Assembly: GCA_965217865.1 (NCBI GenBank)
Contig: CBDCJO010000002.1
Span: forward strand, 2,688,001 to 2,752,000
Direction: 5' to 3'
DNA from: Candidatus Latescibacterota bacterium
Lineage (GTDB): Bacteria > Latescibacterota > UBA2968 > SICM01
DNA length: 64,000 nucleotides
Shown: in pieces, positions 39,808 through 49,757 of the stretch
Layout: each line of letters starts with the position of its first letter
Numbering within the stretch: the stretch's first letter is position 1
Notes under the pieces: generated by a model
What the model was told of the DNA's origin: nothing
Database searches by the model: none
The model's input: only the letters and a program-made list of their open reading frames with translations
Position numbers and translations under genes: made by a program

Positions 39808-41681
39808 GACCCTTCTTTAGGACTCTCGCTTTTCCCGGCATTGTCCGGTTCTTTGCTTGCCTGCGGGAGATAGATGCTCACATTGGTCCCCTCCCCGGGG
39901 GTGGATTCAACTTGGATGGTTCCGCCGAAATCCTCAACAATCGACTTTGAAATGGCCAGGCCCAATCCCGTCCCTTTATCAGGATCTTTTGTTGTGAAGA
40001 ACGGATCGAAGACCTTTGCGAGGACATCTTTGGGTATCCCGGAGCCCGTATCGATGACCTCGATCCTGACCTGTTGATCCGGACCTTCCCCACCGTTTAC
40101 TCCCGTCCGAACCATGACTTGCCCCTTGGAGATATCCGTGTCATCCCTAGTCTTTCCCTCAATCGCGTCTCGGGCGTTGTTCAAGAGGTTCAGAATCACC
40201 TCCTCCAACGAGAACGGGTTTGCGAAGACCAACGGTAGGCCTTCCGACAATTCCGAAGCCAATTCCAGACCGTGGGACCTGAACTGGGCGCCCAGCATTT
40301 CCATCCCGGACCGGACCACGTCGTTGGCCTGTACGGGCACGGGATTCGGCCTCCCAGCTTCCCTGGCAAACATTCTGACGTGTTCTATGATATGAACCAT
40401 CCGGTCTGCTTGCTCAACCACACGGGTCAGCCTGTCCCGGAGTTTCTCCTCGGTAAGATCCCATCCCCTGTCCATGGCAATCAGGATATGTTCGGCAAGC
40501 CCGCGGACACCCACCAGGGGTTGGTTGAGCTCGTGTGCGATGCCCGCAGCCATCTCTCCCAGAGACCTTAAACGGTCGGAACGCATGCTCAACGCCCGTT
40601 GGGTTTCCAATTCGCGCTGTGCATCCCGCAAGGCTTCCTCTGCACGCTTCCGCTCTGTGATATCCCTATCGATCCCTCGGTATCCGCGAAAAGTACCCTC
40701 TGCATCGAAGAACGGGTGAGCGCTGGTTTCCAAAACGATCAGATCATCCTCTTTACCCAGGTTTGTGTTTTCGAGCAATGTGAAGGGTCTTTGGGAGGCG
40801 ACGGTGGGACACCAGATCCCGGCCACCCGCCGCGCTTCTTCGGGGGGCATAAAATCGAATGGTGTCTTCCCGATCATCTCTTCGGGCTCATATCCCAATA
40901 TCTCTTTTACGGTTGGGCTGACATAGGTGTAGAAAATGTCCTCATTGACCTCCCAAACGAGGTCGCTGGTGGTTTCGACCAGATTGCGGAAGCGCTCCTC
41001 GCTTTCCCGAAGGGCTTGCTCAATCCGTTTGCGTTCGGTTATCTCACTCTCCAAATCGTCGAAAATTTGAACGCTGTTCAGAGCGATTGCAACCTGGCCG
41101 GTGACAATCCTCATGAGCCGTTCGTCCTCGGCGACAAAGGCATTGGGATGGGGATGACTCATGTTGACAACGCCGATGACTTCATTGTCGATAACAAGGG
41201 GAAGGCAGAGGATTGAGCGGATGGAACCAGCGGGTTTCGTGAAGGCCACAAACCGTCTGTCTTTTGTGATGTCTGAAATCGAAATGGGCTTTCGTTGTTC
41301 CGCAACCCAACCTGCAATTCCCTCTCCAACCTTGAAACTCCGTTGGGTGTCCGCCTGGGTATCGTAATAGCTCACGGAAGGATCCGTTTGGCCACGGGCA
41401 GCCTTGATGATAAGCTCACCGGTCTCTTTGTTCATCAACATAAGGGAACAGTTTTCCGCGTTGGTTTCATCGATTATGGTGTCGATGATCAACTCGAACA
41501 CCCGACGGACCTCGCGAGTGTATTTTAGCGAGTCCCCGATTCGTCGAACCACAGATAGTTCTCGGACTTTTTCCTCGAACTGCTGTATCGTCCGGGTCAA
41601 CTCTTTAGCGAAGATCTCCCGCTGGGCTATCGCCCGATTCAATTCGTCGTGGGTCTCTTTAACCTGGTTGGACTTATCCAT
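39804..41681 (-). CDS. Cytoplasmic GAF-PAS sensor histidine kinase
   Basis: GAF (GEGIAGWV...D.RF), PAS/PAC, IAHELNQP, NARDA, FFTTK...GTGLGL; no TM segments. Confidence 0.92.
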   Translation of the reverse strand: MDKSNQVKETHDELNRAIAQREIFAKELTRTIQQFEEKVRELSVVRRIGDSLKYTREVRRVFELIIDTIIDETNAENCSLMLMNKETGELIIKAARGQTDPSVSYYDTQADTQRSFKVGEGIAGWVAEQRKPISISDITKDRRFVAFTKPAGSIRSILCLPLVIDNEVIGVVNMSHPHPNAFVAEDERLMRIVTGQVAIALNSVQIFDDLESEITERKRIEQALRESEERFRNLVETTSDLVWEVNEDIFYTYVSPTVKEILGYEPEEMIGKTPFDFMPPEEARRVAGIWCPTVASQRPFTLLENTNLGKEDDLIVLETSAHPFFDAEGTFRGYRGIDRDITERKRAEEALRDAQRELETQRALSMRSDRLRSLGEMAAGIAHELNQPLVGVRGLAEHILIAMDRGWDLTEEKLRDRLTRVVEQADRMVHIIEHVRMFAREAGRPNPVPVQANDVVRSGMEMLGAQFRSHGLELASELSEGLPLVFANPFSLEEVILNLLNNARDAIEGKTRDDTDISKGQVMVRTGVNGGEGPDQQVRIEVIDTGSGIPKDVLAKVFDPFFTTKDPDKGTGLGLAISKSIVEDFGGTIQVESTPGEGTNVSIYLPQASKEPDNAGKSESPKEGS

Positions 41682-41745
41682 ATCTTGTTCTCAGGTATTG
41701 ATATGGTCTTCAGAACCCATACCCGATAGCGGCAAATGAGCCAGT

Positions 41746-44505
41746 TCACACGTCCCGGGGGATCCTTCCCCTTTCGTCTTCCAGTGCCTGATGTGCAGAG
41801 GCAAGTCGAGCGATCGGCACCCGATAAGGAGAGCAGGATACATAATCCATTCCGGCTCTATGGCAGAATTTTACCGATTCAGGGTCGCCCCCGTGTTCCC
41901 CGCAGATTCCGACTTTCAGCGTTGGCCGGCTTTTGCGTCCGCGGAGGATACCCATGTGGATCAGCTGGCCGAGTCCGGACTGGTCGATGGTTTGAAAGGG
42001 ATCTTCGGAAAGCACCCCCCGCTGGACATATTCTTGCAGAAATTTACCCGCATCGTCTCTACTGAAACCGAATGTCATCTGTGTCAGATCGTTGGTCCCA
42101 AACGAGAAGAACTCAGCCTCCTCGGCTATCTCTTCGGCCACCAGGGCGGCTCGCGGCACCTCGATCATAGTGCCGACAAGGTATTTTACTTTGACCCCTT
42201 TCTCGGCCATCACCCGGTCTGCCATTTCGACCACGATGTCCTTCTGATTCTTCATCTCACCGATCGTTCCCACCAGGGGAATCATGACCTCGGGGAACAC
42301 CTTGATTCCCTTTTTGGTCAACTGGCAGGCGGCCTCGAAAATTGCCCGAGCCTGCATTTCGGTGATCTCCGGATAGGTCAAACCCAGGCGACACCCCCGG
42401 TGGCCGAGCATCGGGTTGAATTCGTGAAGGGAGGCCACCTTGGCCTTGATCTGCTCCACGGAGATCCCCAGTTCCCCGGCCATCTCCTGTTGATTGTAGT
42501 CTTCATGAGGCAAGAACTCGTGGAGGGGCGGGTCGAGCGTGCGAATCGTCACCGGATAACCTTCCATGGCGCGGAGAATCCCGAGGAAATCCGCCTTCTG
42601 GTATGGAAGGAGCTTTTTGAGAGCCCGGCGGCGGCCCCCCTCATCGTCGGCCAGGATCATCTCGCGCATGGCCTTGATCCGGTCCCCTTCAAAAAACATA
42701 TGCTCCGTTCGACAAAGGCCAATTCCCTCAGCCCCGAATTTTCGGGCGACGGCAGCATCCCGGGGCGTATCGGCGTTGGTCCGGACCTTTAACCTCCGGA
42801 TCTCATCCACCCACTTCATGAGGGATCCGAAATCACCTGAAAGTTCGGGTTGTACGGTCGGGATACGCCCAAGCAAAACCTCCCCCGTCGAGCCGTCCAG
42901 CGATATCCAATCCCCTTCCTTGATGACCTGGCCGTCGACTTCCAACGACCGGGAAGCATAATCGATTTTGAGGGCCCCACAGCCCGCAACACAGCATTTG
43001 CCCATACCGCGGGCAACCACAGCGGCGTGGGAGGTCATTCCCCCCCGGGCCGTCAAGATGCCTTGCGCGGCGTTCATACCCCCGATATCCTCGGGGGAAG
43101 TCTCAATACGAACCAGGATGACGCTTTCATCCCGTGTTGACCAGGCCTCGGCGTCGTCCGCGTTGAAGACAATCCTCCCCGCTGCTGCGCCAGGAGAGGC
43201 GGGAAGACCCTTTGCCAGGACATTCCTTTCGGCCTTTGGATCGAAGGTGGGATGAAGGAGTTGTTCCATCTGGTCCGGGGTGATACGGGAGACGGCCTCC
43301 GCCTTCGTGATGTAGCGCCCTTTCACCATATCCACGGCGATCTTGATCGCAGAGGCCGCAGTACGCTTCCCGGTCCGGGTTTGAAGCATCCACAGGCGTC
43401 CACGCTGAACGGTGAACTCAATGTCTTGCATATCCCGGTAGTGACGTTCCAGCATGTGCCGGATCTTATCGAGAGACCGGTATGCTTTCGGCATCACCCG
43501 ATCGAGGGGAACCTGGTCCTCGGCCGTCCTGCTGGCCTCATTGATAGGCTGGGGGGTCCGAATCCCTGCCACCACATCCTCCCCTTGGGCGTTGAGAAGA
43601 TACTCACCGTAGAAATAGTTCTCGCCGGTGGCCGGATTTCGGGTGAAGGCGACACCTGTTGCAGAATCTTCCCCCATATTCCCGAAAACCATTGCCTGAA
43701 CGTTGACCGCGGTTCCCCAGTCTGATGGGATGTTATGGATCTCGCGGTACTTGATCGCTCGAGCCCCCATCCAGGAACCGAAAACCGCATTTATGGCACC
43801 CCAGAGTTGTTCCCAGGGGTCCTCTGGAAACTCAATTCCCTTTCCCTTACGAATGACCGTCTTAAAAGCGCTTACCAGTTCGCGCAGATCCGAGGCCGTC
43901 AGGTCCGTGTCAAGTTGAATCCCCCGCTCACGCTTTTTTTCGTCGATGATCTCCTCGAAGGGGTCGGGTTGATCCGGAGATTCGGGTCGGAGACCCATGA
44001 CGACGTCCCCGTACATCTGGACAAACCGACGATAGGCATCATATGCGAACCGATCATTCTGAGTCTGTTCGATTAACCCTTGAACCGTAAGCTCATTCAG
44101 ACCGAGATTTAGAACCGTTTCCATCATGCCGGGCATGGAGGTGCGGGCGCCGGAACGAACCGAAACGAGCAAGGGATTGTTCGAATCCCCAAAACCCGCT
44201 CCCATCATCTTTTCGATCCGGGCAATTCCGGTTTTCACCTGTTTGTGGGCATCGGATGGATATTTTCTACTCCCCTCATCGTAAATCTGACACATCTCTG
44301 TAGTAATCGTGAATCCGGGGGGTACCGGAAGGCCAAGACCTGCCATCTCGGCAAGATTGGCCCCTTTACCCCCGAGCAGTTCCTTCATGCTCCCCTTGCC
44401 TTGGGCTTTGCCTCCTCCAAAAAAATAGACAAATTTTTTCCTCTTCTTTTTCGTGCTTTTTGCGCTTTTCCGTTTTCCCGACACAGCTTTCTTTCTCCCA
44501 GGCAT
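41746..44505 (-). CDS. ppdK: Pyruvate, phosphate dikinase
   Basis: LGGKGANLAEM, LLVSVRSGA, GGMTSHAAVVARG, GIGLCRTEHMF, FSFGTNDLTQ, GICGEHGG. Confidence 0.98.
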   Translation of the reverse strand: MPGRKKAVSGKRKSAKSTKKKRKKFVYFFGGGKAQGKGSMKELLGGKGANLAEMAGLGLPVPPGFTITTEMCQIYDEGSRKYPSDAHKQVKTGIARIEKMMGAGFGDSNNPLLVSVRSGARTSMPGMMETVLNLGLNELTVQGLIEQTQNDRFAYDAYRRFVQMYGDVVMGLRPESPDQPDPFEEIIDEKKRERGIQLDTDLTASDLRELVSAFKTVIRKGKGIEFPEDPWEQLWGAINAVFGSWMGARAIKYREIHNIPSDWGTAVNVQAMVFGNMGEDSATGVAFTRNPATGENYFYGEYLLNAQGEDVVAGIRTPQPINEASRTAEDQVPLDRVMPKAYRSLDKIRHMLERHYRDMQDIEFTVQRGRLWMLQTRTGKRTAASAIKIAVDMVKGRYITKAEAVSRITPDQMEQLLHPTFDPKAERNVLAKGLPASPGAAAGRIVFNADDAEAWSTRDESVILVRIETSPEDIGGMNAAQGILTARGGMTSHAAVVARGMGKCCVAGCGALKIDYASRSLEVDGQVIKEGDWISLDGSTGEVLLGRIPTVQPELSGDFGSLMKWVDEIRRLKVRTNADTPRDAAVARKFGAEGIGLCRTEHMFFEGDRIKAMREMILADDEGGRRRALKKLLPYQKADFLGILRAMEGYPVTIRTLDPPLHEFLPHEDYNQQEMAGELGISVEQIKAKVASLHEFNPMLGHRGCRLGLTYPEITEMQARAIFEAACQLTKKGIKVFPEVMIPLVGTIGEMKNQKDIVVEMADRVMAEKGVKVKYLVGTMIEVPRAALVAEEIAEEAEFFSFGTNDLTQMTFGFSRDDAGKFLQEYVQRGVLSEDPFQTIDQSGLGQLIHMGILRGRKSRPTLKVGICGEHGGDPESVKFCHRAGMDYVSCSPYRVPIARLASAHQALEDERGRIPRDV

Positions 44506-44577
44506 GAACGCCTCCGGACAAATTCAGACTTCTGAGCGCGGCCAATGAAACCACACGAACCGGCTCAAGTTTTTCAA

Positions 44578-44606
44578 TTGACTCCTCGCTTGGATCTATC
44601 TATATT
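44578..44606 (+). promoter_or_regulatory. Sigma70 promoter of tRNA-Lys
   Basis: TTGACT, 17 bp, TATATT. Confidence 0.7.
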
Positions 44607-44639
44607 CTTTCTATCCTGATGAGATATTGATCATCTGAA

Positions 44640-44712
44640 GGGCCCGTAGCTCAGTTGGTAGAGCAGCGGCCTTTTAAGCCGTAGGTCGAAGGTTCGATTC
44701 CTTCCGGGCTCA
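44640..44712 (+). tRNA. tRNA-Lys (UUU); CCA not encoded
   Basis: Acceptor stem GGGCCCG/CGGGCTC, D-arm GCTCAGTTGGTAGAGC, anticodon arm GCGGC-CTTTTAA-GCCGT, T-loop GGTTCGATTCC. Confidence 0.97.
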
Positions 44713-44769
44713 TCCCTTCCATTTTAAAAAACCAGCCCGAATCATACATTCCCGGGTAAATTGCTCCCC

Positions 44770-45105
44770 CTATCGGCTATCGGCCGCTATTCCTATTTGG
44801 TCCCCGTTCCCTTTTCCTTCCCCCTCGGTCTCATCGGTTCCATCCTTGATGCCCTGGACATAAGATTCCTGAATATCCACCTCCATATCCGTCACGAAAG
44901 CCCTGATTTTCTCCAGACGCAACTTAGTGGAATTATCCGTCTTTTCCGCCTCAGCACGTTCATTCCTGGCATCGAGGAGAACCTTCCTGACATCCTCCAG
45001 AGACTTTTGTTCCTCATTCGTCTTTGCTCGGAGTTTTCGAAGAGCCGTTTCCGAATAATATTTAGTCAGCAGCAGACCGACCAGAACCATCACCGCAAAG
45101 ATCAT
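44770..45105 (-). CDS. Hypothetical membrane-anchored coiled-coil protein
   Basis: N-terminal hydrophobic segment, then a charged helix; AGG purine tracts upstream. Confidence 0.5.
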   Translation of the reverse strand: MIFAVMVLVGLLLTKYYSETALRKLRAKTNEEQKSLEDVRKVLLDARNERAEAEKTDNSTKLRLEKIRAFVTDMEVDIQESYVQGIKDGTDETEGEGKGNGDQIGIAADSR

Positions 45106-45126
45106 AAACCTGTCCTAAGAATCCGC

Positions 45127-45155
45127 TTGACGCTTCCCTAAATTTCCAATATATT
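45127..45155 (+). promoter_or_regulatory. Putative sigma70 promoter of the cys cluster
   Basis: TTGACG, 17 bp, TATATT, followed by an AT-rich leader of about 175 bp. Confidence 0.6.
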
Positions 45156-45331
45156 AGTTTTTAAGTGAATTTCTGTTTTCTGGAAGCGAGCTCCAACCCG
45201 TAAAGAGGATTCCGAAGCAATATATCCAAAATTATAGTGTTCGAAAGTTAGCACACCGACTCAATATACATATTTCCGAACTTTTAATCAATAATGATTT
45301 CACAGACTTAGGTTGAGGAGGACCTTGGATA

Positions 45332-45868
45332 TTGAGGGGGTTCACCCTATGGTTCACCGGATTGTCCGGATCGGGAAAATCGACCCTTGCAGAGCATATA
45401 GCCCCGATTTTGCGGACAAGGGGGCATAAAGTCGAGATCCTCGACGGAGACGAAGTTCGCCAAAACCTGTCGAAGGGTTTGGGCTTCTCTAAAGAGGATC
45501 GCGATATCAATATAAAGAGGATCGGATGGGTGGCCAAGGTCCTTACCCGGAATGATGTTGTGGCCATTACTGCGGCAATTAGTCCTTATCGTGAGGTCCG
45601 GGACTGGTGCCGGAAGCAGATCGGAAATTTCGTTGAGATCTACGTCCACTGTCCTCTAGAAGAGTGCGAAAAACGCGATGTCAAGGGTTTATACGCCAAA
45701 GCACGTGCCGGTGAGATCGCGAATTTCACCGGTATCGACGACCCCTACGAATCACCCCTCCAGCCTGAAGTGGTCGTCGATACCAGCTTGGAATCGGTAG
45801 AACAGAGCGCGATCAAGATTTTGAAAAAGCTGGAAGAATTGGAATACCTGGATTACGGGAAGTCCTGA
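45332..45868 (+). CDS. cysC: Adenylyl-sulfate kinase
   Basis: [48 protein letters not shown]. Confidence 0.97.
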   Translation: MRGFTLWFTGLSGSGKSTLAEHIAPILRTRGHKVEILDGDEVRQNLSKGLGFSKEDRDINIKRIGWVAKVLTRNDVVAITAAISPYREVRDWCRKQIGNFVEIYVHCPLEECEKRDVKGLYAKARAGEIANFTGIDDPYESPLQPEVVVDTSLESVEQSAIKILKKLEELEYLDYGKS

Positions 45869-45894
45869 TCCGAATGGGCGAATTCTGACTGACG

Positions 45895-46623
45895 ATGACC
45901 AGCTCCGAAATAGACATCGATTCCCTCTGCAAGACCTTTGAAAAGCGTCCTCCCCAAGACGTTCTTCTGTGGGCCTATAGCACATTTGGGTCCCGGGTCT
46001 CCATCATGACATCGTTCCAGGCCACAGGCCTGGTCGTTCTCGACATGGCGCAGAAGTTGATTACCGGTTTTCCGGCCTTCACCCTCGACACGGGCTTTTT
46101 GTTCAAAGAGACCATCGACCTCAAGCACAGCCTGGAGGACCGATACGGAATTGAGATCGAGTCCGTGGAACCTTTGCTGTCCGTTGAGAGGCAGGCAGAG
46201 GTTTATGGAGAAGCGCTTTACCGGAGTCAGCCTGACGAATGTTGCAGGATGCGGAAGGTGGAGCCCCTCCTCCGGAAACTGGTCGATTTGGATGCCTGGG
46301 TGACCGGAGTCCGTAGGGATCAATCCGAGACCCGGGCAAACACGCGGGTGCTCGAACGGCATCTGGATCAAGACCGGTCATGGATCAAGATCAACCCGCT
46401 GGCTGGATGGAATAAAAAGCAGGTATGGGATTATATCCTCTCTCATCAGATCCCATATAATCCTCTCCACGACCAGGGATATCCGAGTATTGGTTGTGTT
46501 CCCTGCACCCGTCAAGTCAAACCGGGTGAAGAGGAACGCGCGGGGCGATGGTCCAGTTTCGACAAAACGGAATGCGGAATTCACACGTTTTCCACCCCGC
46601 TTCATCAAATCGAAGAGGGATAA
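45895..46623 (+). CDS. cysH: APS/PAPS reductase (Fe-S type)
   Basis: TSF, LDTG, CCRMRKVEPL, TGVRRDQ, GYPSIGCVPCT, RAGRW, ECGIH. Confidence 0.95.
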   Translation: MTSSEIDIDSLCKTFEKRPPQDVLLWAYSTFGSRVSIMTSFQATGLVVLDMAQKLITGFPAFTLDTGFLFKETIDLKHSLEDRYGIEIESVEPLLSVERQAEVYGEALYRSQPDECCRMRKVEPLLRKLVDLDAWVTGVRRDQSETRANTRVLERHLDQDRSWIKINPLAGWNKKQVWDYILSHQIPYNPLHDQGYPSIGCVPCTRQVKPGEEERAGRWSSFDKTECGIHTFSTPLHQIEEG

Positions 46624-46650
46624 CAGGATTTCTTTACATCGATTGCCAAG

Positions 46651-46682
46651 GGGCGGGTCTACGGACCCGCCCGTTCTGTTTT
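46651..46682 (+). terminator. Intrinsic terminator/hairpin after cysH
   Basis: Perfect stem GGGCGGGTC-TACG-GACCCGCCC (cUACGg tetraloop), then GTTCTGTTTT. Confidence 0.7.
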
Positions 46683-46789
46683 GGACCCTGGAACTTCCCT
46701 TTCCCCTACCAGTGAAGACAACCTCGCAAGCTAACCCACTGAGTTCCCCAGAGGCACTTTGCTTTCCACAACCAACTTAGGGGCCGTCC

Positions 46790-47740
46790 TTGACCTACCG
46801 GCGGGGAATTAAGGGGTCGATCCTCGAACAGGTTGGAAATACCCCCATGTTGCGCATCCGGGATTTGACGGGAGATGGGATAGTCCTCTACGCAAAGTTG
46901 GAAATGTTCAACCCGGGCGGATCCGTGAAGGACCGACCTGCCATGCAGATGATCCTGGACGGTGAGGATTCTGGGGATCTGATAAGGGGAAAAGTAGTCC
47001 TGGACTCCACTTCGGGAAATACGGGGATCGCATACTCATGGATCGGGGCAGTGAAGGGTTACCAGGTTGAACTGGTCATGCCCGCTAGTGCGAGTCAAGA
47101 GAGGTTGGCGATCATCAAATCGTTTGGGGCTCGGGTGGTGCTCACAGACGCTTCAGAGGGTTCGGACGGGGCGATCCTGGAGGCCAAACGCATATTCGAG
47201 GACCAACCCCGACGTTATTTCAAACCGGACCAGTACAACAATCCATCGAATCCCAAAGCCCATTACCTGCACACGGCCCCCGAAATCTGGGACCAGACGG
47301 GCGGAAGGATCACCCACCTGATATCCTCCATCGGCACGAGCGGAACGCTGATGGGCACGGGCAAACGGCTGAAAGAGTTGAACCCCGATGTGTGCCTCAT
47401 CGAGGTGGAGCCCCCCGCCTTTCACGGAATCGAGGGATTGAAGAATATGGCCGCTTCCATCGTTCCCGGAATTTACCAGGAGGGATTTGCGGACGAAAAA
47501 GTCACGGTAGAAACCGAGGATGCATATGAGATGACCCGATGGATGGCCAACAAACTTGGGCTTCTTTGCGGCCAGTCCTCCGGCGCAGCCCTGTGGGGAG
47601 CCCTGGAGGTGGCACGAAGGCTCAAACATGGGGTGATCGTTGTGATCTTTCCCGATGGTGGGGACAAGTACATGAGCACACGCGTATGGGAGTGTAATCT
47701 TGCTCAGGCTAAACAGAGAAAATTGGGCGCAACTCTGTGA
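46790..47740 (+). CDS. cysM: PLP-dependent cysteine synthase, CysM-like
   Basis: GNTP, KLEMFNPGGSVKDR, STSGNTG, DQYNN, GTSGT, SSGA, FPDGGDKY; adjacent to mec. Confidence 0.85.
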   Translation: MTYRRGIKGSILEQVGNTPMLRIRDLTGDGIVLYAKLEMFNPGGSVKDRPAMQMILDGEDSGDLIRGKVVLDSTSGNTGIAYSWIGAVKGYQVELVMPASASQERLAIIKSFGARVVLTDASEGSDGAILEAKRIFEDQPRRYFKPDQYNNPSNPKAHYLHTAPEIWDQTGGRITHLISSIGTSGTLMGTGKRLKELNPDVCLIEVEPPAFHGIEGLKNMAASIVPGIYQEGFADEKVTVETEDAYEMTRWMANKLGLLCGQSSGAALWGALEVARRLKHGVIVVIFPDGGDKYMSTRVWECNLAQAKQRKLGATL

Positions 47741-48164
47741 CCATGCCACGCATGATTATCCCTCCGAGTGCTGCGGGATCATCACCAGGTCGGAAACAGG
47801 GGAGGTTGAAGTCCGTCGGTGTACGAATATTCAGGATCGTCTACACCAGAAGATGCCGGATAAACATCCGAGGGATTCCCGAATGGCATACCGGATGGAT
47901 GATATGGAGGTGTTTAAGATCCTGGAGGAAGCCGAGGGTTCGGGAAAAAAACTGGCGGGATTCTACCATTCCCATATTGAATGCGATGCCTACTTTTCGG
48001 AGGAGGACCGAAAAGCAGCCCTTTTTGGGGATGAACCGGCTTACCCCGGGGTTGGTTACCTTGTACTTTCGGTATATAATCGTGAGGTAAAAGGCTACAA
48101 GCTTTTTTCCTGGGACTTGGAAAACAGAGGTTATGAGGAGATCCCTGTCATAATCGATTCCTGA
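47700..48164 (+). CDS. mec: JAB/MPN+ (M67) metallopeptidase, Mec-like
   Basis: YPSECCG (catalytic Glu) and the JAMM motif YHSH-x7-S-x2-D (HSHIECDAYFSEED). Confidence 0.88.
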   Translation: MLRLNRENWAQLCDHATHDYPSECCGIITRSETGEVEVRRCTNIQDRLHQKMPDKHPRDSRMAYRMDDMEVFKILEEAEGSGKKLAGFYHSHIECDAYFSEEDRKAALFGDEPAYPGVGYLVLSVYNREVKGYKLFSWDLENRGYEEIPVIIDS

Positions 48165-48216
48165 TTGCTCCGGGCTTCTACTGAAAACACGATTAAAAAG
48201 CGAATATGCGTGGCCA

Positions 48217-49275
48217 TTGAAAAAATACGATGTGGTTGTAGTGGGATGCGGTCCCGCCGGCTCATCGGCGGCTCAGGCAGGTGCGTTGCGTGGGCTGTCG
48301 GTGTTGATTATCGATAGGAAGCGATCTGTAGGAGTTCCAGTAAGGAGTGGAGGCTATGTCCCTTCAGGGCTTCGGAGAAGGGTGCGGTTCGACGACGAGT
48401 GCATCCTCCAGAAAGTAGAAGGATTCTGCCTCTTCCTCCCGGATGGCAGAACCACCAGGGTTCAGGCCCCTGGATATATCCTGGACCGGTCTCGCTTTGA
48501 CAAGACACTCGCCATCTACGCATTAGAGAGTGGGGCTGATCTTGTGAATGGAACGGTCGTGGAAGTATCGGGGAAGCGGGTACGGTTCAGACGCGGCGGC
48601 CGGGAGGCGGAAGTTGAAGGGCAAGTAATCATCGGGGCAGATGGGCCTCGATCTGCCGTTGGACGCAGCATCGGAACTGCCAACGCGGAATTTTTGGTAA
48701 CCGTCCAGGCGGAGGTGGGGTTGAGGATTCCGTTCACAACGGCTGAAATTTGGTTTGATAGCCGCTGTGTCGGGGGTTATAAATGGATCTTCCCAAGCGG
48801 CCGCACAGCTCGGGTGGGAATCGTGTTATCCGCTCCCAGGGCGAATATGCTCCGAGGGCTGTTAAATGATTTCCTGGATAATTTGGCGGAGGAGGGAAGA
48901 ATTTACCGGAGGAGCATCTTGAGCTACAGTGGAGGTCCGGTTCCGGTAGGAGGGCCTCTTGACCCCCTGCAGAGTGGAAATTCAATCCTGGTTGGAGACG
49001 CAGCGGGTTGCGCCGATCCTGTCACCGGCGCTGGCATCGGCCCAGCAATTTTAAGCGGGACCCTTGCGGGGCGAATCGCTGCTGAGGCTTTATCCGACCA
49101 GGACATCCGGCACCTGATCCAATACAGGAAAACGCTGGAACGGGTTTTGCCTTTTCGTCAAATGGCCTACAAAAAAGCCCATGCAGAACGTTTGCGAGCT
49201 TCGGAGAATTTCGAGGGGCTCGCGGAAACGGCCTGGGGCGCGAGGGATTATCAATTCGAGGGGAACGAAATCTAA
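48217..49275 (+). CDS. Geranylgeranyl-reductase-family FAD oxidoreductase
   Basis: DVVVVGCGPAG, LDRSRFD, IIGADGPRS, GYKWIFP, LVGDAAG...P..GAGI. Confidence 0.85.
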   Translation: MKKYDVVVVGCGPAGSSAAQAGALRGLSVLIIDRKRSVGVPVRSGGYVPSGLRRRVRFDDECILQKVEGFCLFLPDGRTTRVQAPGYILDRSRFDKTLAIYALESGADLVNGTVVEVSGKRVRFRRGGREAEVEGQVIIGADGPRSAVGRSIGTANAEFLVTVQAEVGLRIPFTTAEIWFDSRCVGGYKWIFPSGRTARVGIVLSAPRANMLRGLLNDFLDNLAEEGRIYRRSILSYSGGPVPVGGPLDPLQSGNSILVGDAAGCADPVTGAGIGPAILSGTLAGRIAAEALSDQDIRHLIQYRKTLERVLPFRQMAYKKAHAERLRASENFEGLAETAWGARDYQFEGNEI

Positions 49276-49335
49276 TCGAAATTCGGTGTTTGTTGAAAAC
49301 AATTGGTGTTGGGATTTTGTAGAGAGGAGGTTAGA

Positions 49336-49614
49336 ATGAGCGTGACCGTTCGGATACCAACCCCCCTTCGGAATCTAACGAAGGATCAATCCGACATTCA
49401 GATCGAGGCTGCGACGATACGGGAGCTCCTTGATAATATCGAGGAACAGTACCCCGGAATAAAAGATCGGTTGATGGATGAACACGGAGAGCTTCGCCGG
49501 TTCGTGAACGTCTACGTCAACGAAGAGGACATCCGATTTCTTGACGGCATCAAAACGGACTTGTCATCCGGTGATAAAGTAGCCATTGTTCCCGCGGTTG
49601 CCGGGGGAGGATAA
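49336..49614 (+). CDS. cysO: Ubiquitin-like sulfur carrier, CysO/MoaD family
   Basis: VRIPTPLR, YPGIKDRL, LRRFVNVYVNEEDIRFL, IVPAVAGGG; GAGGAGG RBS. Confidence 0.85.
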   Translation: MSVTVRIPTPLRNLTKDQSDIQIEAATIRELLDNIEEQYPGIKDRLMDEHGELRRFVNVYVNEEDIRFLDGIKTDLSSGDKVAIVPAVAGGG

Positions 49615-49757
49615 TAAATCGAGTCGTTGGGTGGATTCACGGGTGGGAAGATCGACATAGGAAGTCATGGTCCTGGAATCCAGGAAAAACTTTCGGCTGT
49701 CCGCTTCCCTTTTCTGTTTTCGCTTCCAAAAATCTCAATTCCTGACCCTAACCAGAG

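Noticed and set aside
41791-42792. 333-aa plus-strand ORF and similar long antisense ORFs
   Set aside because: Shadow frames of well-conserved genes (here ppdK) in GC-rich DNA, with no recognisable motifs
44640-45330. tRNA-Lys as the integration site of a genomic island
   Set aside because: No integrase next to it, and I saw no repeat of the tRNA 3' end in the window
46651-46672. REP-like palindrome
   Set aside because: Single copy, no GTAG foot or RAYT gene; the position after a stop codon and the T-tail fit a terminator
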